The notes beneath the pieces were generated by a model. It was not told the DNA's origin and did no database searches. It saw only the letters and a program-made list of their open reading frames with translations. Below, piece after piece: positions 37,694-49,904 of a stretch of 64,000 bases of DNA. This DNA is from Raja brachyura (taxonomy: Eukaryota): positions 63,054,001 to 63,118,000 of the forward strand of contig OY740792.1 of NCBI GenBank assembly GCA_963514005.1. The letters run 5' to 3'. Each line of letters opens with the position of its first letter. Positions within the stretch are counted from its first letter, which is position 1. Position numbers and translations under genes: made by a program.

Positions 37694-37890
37694 TAGGCTA
37701 GTCAAGGTATGAGCTGAACCAGGTTTATATGATCAACCACAACCTTTGGCTAGTGAATACAAAGTGACTCATGTAAAAATATCAACCACTTTATCGATCA
37801 TTTCCACAACAACTCATTTCAATGAGAAATGAGGGACAAGAGGCTAATGGTAGCTATAAACTGTTGGAGTGTCCTATTTGGCTTTCTATA

Positions 37891-38410
37891 CAGTGGTTTG
37901 CAAAAGTTTTCATACCCCTAGAACTTTTCCACATGTTGTGTAGAAGTTTAAAGCAGGGTTAGGTTATAAAAATATATATAACCTACACAACATTATCCCT
38001 GGCCTGTCTGGTGTGTTCCTTGGGCTTCATAATGCTGTTTGTTCACTAATGTTCTCTAACAAACCTCTGAGGCCTTCACAGAACAGCTGTATTTATACTG
38101 AGATTAGATTACACACAAGTGGACTCTATTTACTAACTAGGTGACTTCTGAAGACAGTTGGTTGCACTGGATTTTATTTAGTGGTATCAGAGTAAAGGGG
38201 GCTGAATACTTTTGCACACCACACTTTTCAGTTTTTTATTTGTAAAAAAAATTTGAAAACCATGTATCATTTTCCTTCCACTTCACAATTATGCGCCACT
38301 TTGTGTTGGTCTATCACATAAAATCCCAATAAAATACATTTACGTTTGTGGTTGTAACGTGACAAAATGTGGAAAAGTTCAAGGGGGATGAAAACTGTTG
38401 CAAGCCATTT
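37891..38410 (-). mobile_element. Internally deleted and rearranged Tc1 element
   Basis: TA|CAGTGGTTTGCAAAAGTTTTCATACCCC..AACTTTTCCACAT terminus and its inverse at the right end; inner direct repeat TGCAAAAGTATTCAGCCCCC (IR/DR type); transposase start MKPKEHTRQARDNVV on minus strand. Confidence 0.85.
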
Positions 38411-38979
38411 GGCCCTTTGGCTGAATGCGGTGACAAGCTCTACTTAGCTGCAGCCAAACAATATGTCAACATCGGATTGGATGGAAGTGTTTGCCGTTAT
38501 TTTATGGCTGTTGTTTTACTATGCTACATAATTATAGTTTGCTAATGCCGGGATATCATGCATGATTCAGTTATAGTGTTCAGTTGATAATTTACAATAA
38601 AACCAATGCCATGGGGCAATGCCATGCCCACAGCACATGGCCTGCAGAGAGGTACAATGACTGACACGTGGTTAGGATCAAGTATCAGCAAGTGCATTTA
38701 AAAGCCCTGTGGAATTTGTGTAATAAACTATGCTATATAGGCCTAAGTACAATTTAAGCTGGAATATTGTTATTTGATGATGATTTATCTTAAATAGGGC
38801 TGGATTTTAATTTGTTAAGCTTACAGAGTCATCTCCCGTTTTTAAGAAAAACTACGGAAAGCCGTATCAGACATCCTATAGTATGGACATAATTGCAATA
38901 TCAGTGGTGATGCAGTGAGTGAATGCTTAAAATATTAAACTAAATGATGTTCTTTATTGTCAGGATCAATTTGTGCCAT

Positions 38980-39355
38980 TATAGAAAAAAAATAGGTGCA
39001 GGAGTAGGCCATTCGGCCCTTCGAGCCTGCACCGCCATTCAATGTGATCATGGCTGACCATCCAACTCAGTATCCCGTACCTGCCTTCTCTCCATACCCT
39101 CTGATCCCTTTAGCCACAAGTGCCACATCTAACGCCCTCTTAAATATAGCCAATGAACTGGCCTCAACTACCTTCTGTGGCAGAGAATTCCAGAGACCCA
39201 CCACTCTCTGTGTAAAGAATGTTTTCCTCATCTCGGTCCTAAAGGAATTCCCCCTTATCCTTAGACTGTGACCCCTTGTTCTGGACTCCCCCAACATCGG
39301 GAACAATTTTCCAGCATCTAGCTTGTCCAACCCCTTAAGAATTGTGTACGTTTCT
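38980..39355 (-). mobile_element. CR1 3' fragment (young subfamily)
   Basis: DKLDAGKLFPMLGESRTRGHSLRIRGNSFRTEMRKTFFTQRVV...; near-identical to 57440-57805. Confidence 0.92.
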
Positions 39356-39436
39356 TACAGGATTCTTACAGGATACAGGATGAAACTTATTATAGGATGT
39401 TTTATCTGTGGCATGGTCAGCAAATGGTTTGAAGAT

Positions 39437-39656
39437 TACACAAAAAGCTGGAGAAACTCAGCGGGTGCAGCAGCATCTAAGGAGTGAAGGAGATAGGCGA
39501 CGTTTCGGGTCGAGACCCTTCTTCAGACTGGAGAAGGGTCTCGACCCGAAACGTCGCCTATCTCCTTCACTCCTTAGATGCTGCTGCACCCGCTGAGTTT
39601 CTCCAGCTTTTTGTGTAACCCTCGATTCTCCAGCATCTGCGGTTCCTTCTTTAACA
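39437..39656. mobile_element. 220-bp palindromic Penelope-derived insertion
   Basis: ~90-bp perfect inverted repeat centred near 39528; 16-bp TSD CAAATGGTTTGAAGAT (39421-39436, 39657-39672). Confidence 0.93.
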
Positions 39657-41781
39657 CAAATGGTTTGAAGATACTTGTTCTGTACTTCAGATTCATTACA
39701 TTCAGTCTCGTGTTTAAAATTGTAAGTATGAATTTTGGAAAATTTGCAATATTTACTTACCTTATATGACAGTGGAACATTTGCAATATTTACCTACCTC
39801 AATTCATAGATCAAGAAGACAATTGCTACAATAATGTTAATTTTTTGGTGATTCATAAACTGATCATTTGGTATTTATGTTTGTTAGGTTTAGCACCCTG
39901 AACCACTCTAATAAAAAAAATACTTTGATGACCTAGATGTTTTAAGTTTTCTACATGCAAATGAAGGAACAAGCTTTGAAGGGGAGTATTTTTAGTCCAC
40001 AGTGTTCTCCATTAAAAGCTCTTTAGTACGGTTCAGGCTAATATTATGCTGGGCAAATTACCAAACCTAGCTAGTACTAGTAATAAGACAATGTACATGG
40101 AGTGTCCTGTAAACTGTAATGATAATTTCCCATTCCATTCCACAACCGGAAAATCTTAGTACTCAATGAGCTCAAAAAATGCAAAGATGAGCATTTTGGA
40201 GCACATTTGTGATTTTTCTTAACATCTCGATGCGCAACCCACTAAATTTTCCACATGGTTGTGAAGATCCTATCATCTATATTAAAACATATATACAACT
40301 TAGAAACAGTTATCAAGCTAATTTTTTTCTCATTGCAAAAAAATGTCCCAGCTGTTCACTTTTTGCCGATTTTGCTAAAGACAACTTCAGACTGCTTTTG
40401 GTGCAGACTGTTTTGGAATGGCCACATCTAAGAGCTGAGTACCGGTAGACCCAGTTTTCTGTTCAGAATTATTCTCAGGTAAACATATTGAAGTACAGAA
40501 TATGTTACACAATTTGGAGTTAATATCTTTCGAATTTAAAGGTTTAAAAGTTTAAAGTAACTATGGAACATAACAAAATAAATTTTCCTTAGGGGTCGGG
40601 TTAACATTTGAGTCTGTTATTCTTTAATGAATCATTCCATACCCAAGTACATTAATAATATATTTAAAAAATGCATTGGGCCATATACAAATGAGCTCGG
40701 GACCAACATGTCAATTTTGGACCAACACGTTTGCCATCGGGCTAAATGTTTGTTTTAAATGATCTATCACACCTTGGGGAATACAAAATGACCGTTGCCA
40801 GAGTAACTATCTGCTGCCTTGTGCCTATCAGACCCCCCCCCCCCCCCTCCCCCAGTTGGGAAATTAAGGGACTATTTGGGGAGTCTGGTAGGACCAAGGC
40901 AATGGATTATTATCCTGGCATGGGTGATTTTATATTTCCTAGGCTGTGATTGATCATCTAAATCTGGTTTTAGCTGGTACCTTTAATATCTAGGCTAGTC
41001 TAGATTGGCCCATGGGCCCAAATAGGCAGTCTGGTAGGCCCAATGCAGCAGATAATTGTTCTGTAATAGGTCATTTTATATTCCCCAAGCTGTGGTAGCT
41101 TGGTTTTAGCTGGTACCCACAATATCTAGGCCGGCCTAGTTGGACAGCAGCGTCTAGGGGTGTCCGTTTTTGGGGTGCCTGGTACCTGTAGTGCAGCGGA
41201 CTAGTTGTCCGGCGTAACCCATTTTGTACTCTATGAATTCAACTTGTTCATTTGGCATTATTTGTGAGTGGTACCTTGCTCGTCTATATGCTAGCACATT
41301 TATAGGCCCTTTGTGGGGGGGGGTCTGGTGGGCCTTTTGCAGCGGGAAAAATGTCTGCCGTTTGTGTTGTTGATATAGGCGTGGCAGTGGATTTAAGAGG
41401 CACCTCACTCATCTATTTAGCACCCATTTTCTGGGCTGATCCCGGCAGACTTCCAATTCTGTTCATTTCAGGTGACCCCTTACACACTCCCATAGTCAGA
41501 CATTGGTACCTAGTTAGTCTAACCAAATGTCTCTGGGCTGAAGGTCCATTTGTAAAATAATATGATGTAATAGAGTTGTAGGAAGAGGAAATTATATTGG
41601 TTGGCTATAATAAGGTTTTGGAAAATGTAACTAGCAAGGCAGGTGTCTGTCAATGTACTATTTTATAAAGCTCCATCAAAAAATATTATTGATTAAAATA
41701 ACAACTTTTATATATATATATAACACATTTATTCACAAGGATAGAGGGCTTTGTTAACATAAAAACATGGACAGGAGTTTG

Positions 41782-42495
41782 TTGTTTAAGAAGGAACTGC
41801 AGATGCTGGAAAATCGAAGGTAGACAAGAATGCTGGAGAAACTCAGCGGGTGCAGCAGCATCTACGGAGCGAAGGAAATAGGCAACGTTTCGGGCCAAAA
41901 CCCTTCTTCAGTTGGGTTTCCACATTTTTTCCGTCTGACAGTAGAGGCAATGAACATTGATGTCTTCAATGTCAAGCAACGTCAACCCCCTTGTCATGCC
42001 TACCCCCTTGTCATTCCTCTGTAGCCCACCCTGGTGTGCACACATTTGCCCACCATCTCCCACCTCCCCGGTCGCCCATCTCCTTTCCCCTTCTCCATAC
42101 ACTCGTCTTCCATCCTCTAGTCCCACATTTCTCTTTTATTTCCCCTCCCCATTCCGCCCATAATCCCTCCCTACAGCTTTACATTTCACCCCTCCTTTTC
42201 TCTCCTGATCTGACACCTTTTGTCTCCTTTTCACCTCCAGCCTTTTGTCACTTACTACCACCGTTTACCAATCACCATCCTCATCTGTATCCACCTATCA
42301 CTTGCCAGCCTTTGCCTGTGCCCACATCTCTTTCCCAGCTTTCTTCCCCCTACTCCATTAGTCTGAAGAGGGGTCCCAACCCGAAACATCAATTGTGTAT
42401 CCACCGGGATGACTCCTCCACAGATGCTGCCTGACCTGCAGAGATTGTCCAGCACTAAGTGTTTAGCCAAGGTTCCAGCATTTGCAGTTCCTCAT
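41782..42495. mobile_element. Penelope-derived composite (inverted head plus older 3' region)
   Basis: Terminal unit at 41782-41910; atgaacattga..tc end-of-ORF motif, pyrimidine-rich UTR, and gtctgaagaggggtcccaacccgaaacatc at 42361. Confidence 0.75.
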
Positions 42496-42539
42496 TTCTT
42501 AGAGTTCTTATTTATTTATCTTATTTATTAATTTATTCT

Positions 42540-42830
42540 TAGAATACAGGGGAGGTCATTTAAGACTGAGGTGAGAAAATTTTTTTTTTACCCAGAGAGT
42601 TGTGAATTTATGGAAATCCCTGCCACAGAGGAATCACTGGATGGATTTAAGAGAGAGTTGGATAGGGCTCTAGGGGCTGGTGGAAACAAGGGATATGGGG
42701 AGAAGGCAGGCACGGGTTATTGATAGCGGACGATCAGCCATGATGACAATGAATGGCGGTGCTGGCTCGAAGGGCCGAATGGCCTCCTCCTGCATCTATT
42801 TTCTGTGTTTATCTATGTTTCTATGTTTCC
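42540..42830 (+). mobile_element. CR1 3' fragment
   Basis: Same subfamily as 25590-25880. Confidence 0.85.
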
Positions 42831-43463
42831 CCAGCAACCTGGAGATTTGTTGGTTTAATGTTGGTTGTGTTAATGTAACCAGAATCTACTGTCAGAAGAC
42901 TGAGGCGGGGAAGAGTGGCAGTAAAAAGCCTGAATGCCTAGGTTGTGTGCCCTGTGGGATTCCAGGCTGGAATCTAGCTCCGCGATGCCCCATCTGCTCA
43001 GGCAGAAGGGAATGGATGTGAAAGGTGCTTGAAAGACCAGAGGAGAGAACCAGAACTAATAAGATGGAAGCGGACATGTTTCAGAAATAGAGAAGGTGGC
43101 ATTAGGTTGAGGACAGGTGATGCTCCCTTGGTCCAAATAATGATTTAATGGTGCGTAAAATAAGGGGTGTAATGGTGAATGTACATGGATAGGAAAGGAT
43201 TCATGGATAGAGCTTTGAAAGTGGCGCTGAAAGCTGACGATTCTTGTGCATGGTCTCAGTGAACTGTTTCTGTACACTTTGTACTTAATTTGGGATTATG
43301 CCTGCGTGTAATAATAATTCACTGATCTGTATGAAAAGATATATAATTTCACTGACTCTCATACATGTGGTAATAAAGAACCATTGAAGGTTTAGAGGGA
43401 TATGGGCCAAACGTGGCAAATGAGACTAGCGTAGATAGAGATTCGAGCCCAACCTACAGGTGC

Positions 43464-43672
43464 AGGGCCTGTCCCACTTGGACGTCATTTGCGCGTCACG
43501 CAGATCGTGCGCGAAGATTTTGTACATTCCAAAATCCTGGGGCGCCGCGCACGACCGCACGTCACGCCTTACGTCACCGAGCACCATGCGTACGTCACGT
43601 GCGCGGCACAACACGCGCGTCGTACGCCATGACGCGTAAAATACGCGCAAATGACACCCAAGTGGAACAGGC
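43464..43672. mobile_element. Palindromic CpG-rich Harbinger/PIF-type MITE
   Basis: AGGGCCTGTCCCACTTGGACGTCATTTGCGCGT ... ACGCGCAAATGACACCCAAGTGGAACAGGC terminal inversion; right terminus slightly eroded. Confidence 0.75.
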
Positions 43673-45504
43673 GTCATTTGCCTGGTGGGACCGGTGAGAA
43701 ATCTAGCAATGATCATTCTGCGATACTGATGAACTAACATTTGTCTCATTGTCCTGTCTGCAAAGTGCTTTAAATGTTGGTCATGTTTATCTGGGACCGT
43801 TTCCTGAACTGTAGGATATTGAGTGTTGATCTTCAGTCTTTTGGCTTGGATTCCCCCGGGTCATGTTATTGTCAGCCTCCACCCCTCTCCGGACATGTTC
43901 CATATCAGTTTCATATATCACTTTCTGTGGCTGTGGCCGTTAAGTTTCATAAAGAATCATACCCTCGTTCTGTGCCTGTTTGTGGAAAGATGATAGCTGT
44001 TCCACGTATGCCGTATATATGAATTCAAAAAATATTTTGACAATGTAAGGTTAGCAGAATGAGGAATAGCAAAGTCATTTTTTCCAACTGGTGCTATTAG
44101 TTTCTTCAATAACAAGCTGCAGTGGGGAACAAACGGGGTCATTATCTAATTGTAAATGGGTTAGCTCGAAAAGTTTCCCTCCAAAGATCTCTTAACCCAA
44201 ACCAACACTGGACCTATATGATGGCACAATGGTACAAAGTCACACTAGGGCCTTTAGTTGTTTTGACTCCGTCCAGGATATGACCTGGAACATTGAACCC
44301 TAACATGTAACATGCCTAAGGAGAGGTGTAGATTTTTAATAACGACAAGTGGAATCCAAAAAAACAAGACTGATCATTGCAGAACAACCAATTAATACCC
44401 TACAGTCTAGGAAACTGTTCAAGATAAACAGCACCAACTTCTATCTATTTGGCATTTAATGACATTTGGACAGGTACATGGATAGCAAAGGTTTAGAGGG
44501 ATATGGGTGAAACACAGGTAGGTAGGTAGGTGGGTCTATCTTGGATGGGACATCGGGCTTTGTATGGATGACTTCATTGCATAGCTGTACTTATCCTGTC
44601 CCGGTGGTGGTCTATCCTTTAATATCAAAGCTTTTGTATCAGATAGTTTCTCCAGTTGTTGACATCTCACCCCCCCCCCCCCCCCCCCCCACATGTATTC
44701 TTTCTTGCTGCCACAACAAGACACAGCCCCGCTTCTTCCCTGGAATTTGTTTCCTTCTTTCCATCCTCTTCACGTCATTTGTGAACCCGATTTCCACAAG
44801 AAACAAACCTCGTTACTCTTCCCTGATCTCGCTGGCCTCAACTTGACCGAACGCAGACTTGACCACATCTGGCTAGCCATCCATCACAAAACGTGGTTGG
44901 ATAGATGTGACCTGGTTCATTTCTCCTCGATCAGATTAGCACACGTGACATCAATTTGAACAACAGGGAGATCTTAACAAAAACTAAAATAATTTTTCAG
45001 AGTTCGAAGAAGGGTCCCGACCCGACCCGAAAAGTCAGCTTTCCATGTTCTCCACAGATGCTGCCTGACCCACTGAGTTACTCCAGACTGTCTTTGGAGT
45101 ATGGGAGGAAACTGTAGATTTTGGAGAAAACCCACGCAGGTCATGGGGAGAATGTAACAAGCTCCGTACAGACAGCACCTATATTCAGGATCGAACCCGG
45201 GTCTCTGGAGCTAGGCAGTAGCTCTACCGCTGCGCCACCGTGCGGCACTATCATTGAATATTGTCATTCCTGTACCAGGCATTACTTTACTGAACAGAAC
45301 AATATACAGTAAACACCATGTTCCTCACATCCCCTCTGATCTATGACTAATCCTCTTAAATACTCCCTGATTACTGATGCGTCTGTCACCAGAAGTGGTT
45401 TTTCACCTGCGGACATTCTCAAACTCCTTGATCACTTTATGCATCTACTAAATCTCCACCATTGAGTGTGAGGAGACCAAGCCCAGCTTCAAACATATTC
45501 GCAA

Positions 45505-46430
45505 GACAATAGGCAATAGACAATAGGTGCAGGAGTAGGCCATATGGCCCTTCAAGCCAGCACCACCATTCAATGTGATCATGGCTGATCATCCCTAATC
45601 AGTACCCCGCTCCTGCCTTCTCTGAGGCAGAGAATTCCACAGACTCCCCACTCGCTGTGAGAAAAAGTGTTGCCTCGTCTCCGTTCTAAATGGCTTAAGG
45701 GTCTGTCCCACCAGCATGCGACTACATGCGGCAAGCGCGACCTAACGTGGTGGCTTGAGCCGTACGGCCTCGTGGGGCCGGTCCCACTTCGATCGCCGGA
45801 GGCGTATGGAGTTGTGCGGGGCTTGTCCCGACATCGCGCGGGGTTCCAAAAAAATGACACTGTCCAAAAATCCCGCGTGGCAACGGCCTGTCGGCCCGCA
45901 GCCGCATTGAGGACGTACGCAGCGTCTCGAAGTCGTACGCAGCATCATGACGCCGTACGCAACATCTGAACGCTGTACTCAGTGTCTTGACGCCGTACGC
46001 AGCGCGTGGCGTTCTGCGATGACGTTACCGCCAAGCGTGCCGTTACGTGATGACGTCACTGCCCGACGCCGTGTGACGTCCAAATTCAGTCGGCCCGCCT
46101 CCTGCCCAGCAGATTGGTGAGTATGGTGTCGGGACCAGCTCCATACGGCTCCACGGTTGGAAGTGGGACCGGCCCCGCGAGGCCGTACGCCTCAAGCCAC
46201 CACGTTTGGTCACGCTCGCCGCATGCAGTCGGGACCGGCCCTTTACTCCTCATTCTTAAACTGTGGCCCCTGGATCTGGGCTCCCCCAACATCGGGAACA
46301 TGTTTCCTGCCTCTAGCGTGTCCAAACCCTTAACAATCTTATATGTTTCAATGAGAAGCATCATCCTTCTAAAATCCTCCCATCCTTCTAAACTCCAGAG
46401 TTTACAAGCCCAGCTGCTCCATTCTCTCAG
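45505..46430 (-). mobile_element. CR1 3' fragment split by a MITE
   Basis: LIETYKIVKGLDTLEAGNMFPMLGEPRSRGHSLR; homology continues on the other side of 45698-46242. Confidence 0.85.
45698..46242. mobile_element. 545-bp Harbinger/PIF-type MITE
   Basis: 3-bp TSD TTA (45695-45697, 46243-46245); AGGG(T/C)C(T/G)GTCCC termini with over 100 bp of subterminal inverted homology; internal acgccgtacgc repeats. Confidence 0.88.
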
Positions 46431-46699
46431 CACAAGACCGGTCTAGTTCCCTCTGCATTATTTTGCAGGACCTTTGATCAGTACTAACATGCGCTGGCTG
46501 GCATTCGCCACAATATTCTAGCTGGTTCCAAGCTACGTTCTATAAAGCTATAGCTTAACGTGTTTGTTTCTGAGCAACCCCCAATTTCATCAGTGCCTTT
46601 GAAAGTGGATTAAGTGGTGAAGTGCCTTTATGGACCCAAGATCTGTGTCCTACTGAGCAGACCTTTCTCAATGTGCGGCACAACAAAGTGTTGGGCTCC

Positions 46700-47260
46700 A
46701 CAAAAAGCTGGAGAAACTCAGCGGGTGCAGCAGCATCTATGGAGCGAAGGAGATAGGCGACGTTTCGGGTCGAGACCCTTCTTCAGACTGGTCAGGGATC
46801 AGGGAAACGAGAGATATAGACGGTGATGTGGAGAGATAAAGAACAATGAATGAAAGATATGCAAAAAAGTATCGATGATAAAGGAAACAGGCCATTGTCA
46901 GCTGTTTGTGGTGTGAAAATGAGAAGCTAGTGCGTTGGGGAGAGATAGAGAGAGAAGGAATGCCAGGGCCCGAGGGCTGAGGAAGAGGTGGAAAGGGGAG
47001 GAGGCAGCAAGGGTTAACAGAATTGAGAAAATTCAATGTTTAAGCCCAGAGGATGCAGACTCCCCAAGCGGAATATGAGGTGCTGTTCCTCCAACTTGCG
47101 GTGTTGCTCACTCTGGCCGTGGAGGAGGCCCAGGACCGAGAGGTCGGATATGGAATGGGAGGGGGAGTTGAAGTGCTGAGCCACCGGGAGGTCGGGTTGG
47201 TTATTGCGGACCGAGCGGAGGTGTTCGGCGAAACGATCGCCCAGCCTCTGCTTGGTCTCA
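46700..47260 (-). mobile_element. Penelope-like element 3' fragment
   Basis: Minus strand carries the GIY-YIG C-terminal region (ETKQRLGDRFAEHLRS...LEEQHLIFRLGSL) and the terminal unit with an intact hammerhead-like core at 46756-46791. Confidence 0.88.
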
Positions 47261-47789
47261 AGTGTTGGGCTCTGTCAGGGGAGCGTTAGTCACAGGTTGG
47301 TGGTGGGGTGGGGTCGGTGTGCTGGGAATTTGAGGGAGGGTCAGTAATGGTGTTGCCGGATGGGGCTGAAACTGCCGTTGGGGACGGCTGGGCAAGGTGG
47401 TCCTGTCTAACGGTGGCTGTTGTTTGATTGTTGGAGATCAGGGAATCATCCCCTCCACCAAGCCTCATCTGACCTTTGTACTTTTCAATGAGATCATCTC
47501 TCTCTTCTAAACTCAGGAGGGTCTAAGATGGTTCTGTTTGGTCTGTATCCAACTCGCCCACCATGCAAGGAATCACAGAGAGCTGGAATAACCCAGCAGA
47601 TGAGGCAGCATCTCTGGAGAGACATGAGTAGGTGTCGTTTTGGGTCGGGACCCTTCTTCAGACCCACCATCCATGGGATCACTTCATTGTAATCTCTCTC
47701 ACAAGCATATCCTTTCTTAGGTAAGAAGGCTAGAGCTAAAGCAGTCTCACCAGGGCTCCATGCAGTTGACAGGACGCTATAACACTACT

Positions 47790-48375
47790 CTTGCACCAGC
47801 AATGGCTGCCTCGCCAACAGTCTGTCTGCCCCTTCCTTCTCTGTTGTTTGTTTGTATGTGTTAAATGTATGTTTTTAGTGTTCTTTAGCTTGTTTTATGT
47901 GGGGGGGTGGGGGAGGGGGGAGGGGGGAGCTGGGGAAAACTTTTTTCTAATCTCTTACCTCGACGGAGAGGCGATTTTTTCCCGTATCGTATCTCCGTCG
48001 GCACTGCCGCCTAACATCGTGGAGTTGGTGGCCTTTGCAGGAGACCGACTTCGAGAGCTCCACCGCGGGAGCCTGCGGACTTTAACATCATGGGGCCCGC
48101 GATCTCTGGTCAGAGACCGAATTCAGGGACTCCAAGCCGCAAGAGCTTCGACCACCCAACTGCAGATGGTTCTACTGCCCCGACCGCAGGAGAATAAAAG
48201 GGGAAGAAGATTGGTTTTTCATCACAGTGAGGAGGGTGTGGAAACAGCTGTGGTGGATATTGATGTTAACTTATATCTAGTTGTGTGTCTCGCTGCTTTA
48301 TTGTGTTAGTGTGGCTGTATGGTAATTCGAATTTCACGGTACCTTAATTGGTGCATTTGACGATAACCTGACCTT
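47790..48375 (+). mobile_element. Non-coding dispersed repeat related to 27983-28975
   Basis: Shared head, internal motif and 3' tail aatttcac.gtaccttaattggtgcat.tgac.ataa. Confidence 0.7.
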
Positions 48376-49169
48376 GAAACCTTGCAACACTCCCACACTA
48401 CACATCAATGGAGAAAACAAGGCACTTGCTGTGTTGACTACATATTCCATGTGAAACGCAGAGAGAATAAACATTGAGGACCTAATGATGAATGCCGTCA
48501 CTGATTTTCATTTCCATCCTATTTTGAATCACATAGCGCATTAAAACATGTTGCATCATGGTCCAACTTCAAGGCATTTGTGTCTATATGCCAAGGGCTT
48601 TGTAAGCTTTTCAACTTTTCAGGCTCTCCACTTTAAACTAGCACCTTGAGAAGTTTTTTTAATATGAAAACACTTGTGATCTCGGTGTTCCTATATCCCT
48701 TTTTGTCTTGCACATTTAGTTGACATCTTAACCCTTCACTCTTCCTTCCAACATATCGTACAAAACACCTCTCTTGCATCTGCCCTTTGCTCTTCAAGCT
48801 CCTTAGAGACGTGCAGCAGGGAAACAGGCCCTTCGGCCCAACTTGTCCATGCAGACCAACATTCCCCATCTATGCTGGTCCCATTTGCCTGTGTTTGGCC
48901 CATATCTCACTAAACCGTTCCTATCCATGTAGAACTTGGCCTCTGTCCATTGCCCCTTTGGTTGCTAGGCCTAGGACATTTAACAAGCCTATTCTCAGGT
49001 ATTTTAACATAAAGGCCTTTTGAACATTTGGACTTCACAATCCACGCAGCAAGTTCCTGATTTGTATTAATTTTTTGTTTTCTGGGAAACTGGATCATTA
49101 AACCAAGTTAGTCAAATATAGTTTGCCTTCAATACATTGCCACTGCTTGTCATTCATCCAGAATTTTCT

Positions 49170-49390
49170 ACGGGTGGAGTTTGCACGTTTTCCCCGTGAC
49201 CGCGTGGGTTTCCTCCGGGTGCTCCAGTTTCCTCGCACATCCCAAAGACGTGCAGATTTGTCGGGTAATTGTCGTCTAGAAGTGGCGCCAGTGTGTAGGG
49301 AGTGGATGCAAAAGTGGGATAACATAGAACTGGCACGGACTCTGTGGGCCGAAGGGCCTGTTTCCATGCTGTATCTTTAAACTAAACTAC
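49170..49390 (+). mobile_element. HE1-type SINE, 5'-truncated
   Basis: ggagtttgcacgtt.tccccgtgaccgcgtgggtttcctccggg...ctgtatctttaaactaaac. Confidence 0.8.
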
Positions 49391-49904
49391 CCATCCCATC
49401 TGAATTCTGCTTCAATCTCTTGCAAAGTTTCTTAAAAACGGTGTGAACTCTTGCCTTCCTTGTGGCATAACACATTTCTCGTTCTGTGCACGGTGTTCTC
49501 AGTGCGGTTTAAAAGATGATTCAAACGCTACTGAGCTGTGGTAGCTTAAATGAGTGGAGCTACCTCTGAGCATGTGGATTTCCTGTGTGATGGTGTTGCT
49601 CTGCACCTTATCGCAGGCTGATCTACCATCCGAGAGCAGGGCTGAGGCAGCCAGCCCATTTGCAGAGCTGCCATTCCAGCTCACTGCTTCCTCAGCACTG
49701 AAAACAGTTTGGCCCTCGACACGAGCGACGGCCTAACACTGGCACCTTGGATCGTAAATCGTCATCCTATTTGCAGTGGATCATAAATCTTCACCATTCT
49801 ACTTTTAATGGAATCCCGCAGCATGCAACGCGTAGAATAAAGGCAAATTCATTAATTTGCAAACATGTCTTTGAAATAGAGAGAGCAGAACCAAATACTA
49901 AGTG

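Larger units (their letters stand above)
36606..41547. mobile_element. Foldback-like structure with ~690-bp inverted arms (36606-~37292 and ~40866-41547)
   Basis: Arms align through (A/G)GACCTTCAGCCCAGA..GGTCACCTGAAATGAAC..GCTAGCATATAGACGAGCAAGGTACCACTCACAAATA..CTAGATATTAAAGGTACCAGCTAAAAC; internal subrepeats; flanks ATTTT / ATTTG. Confidence 0.75.
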
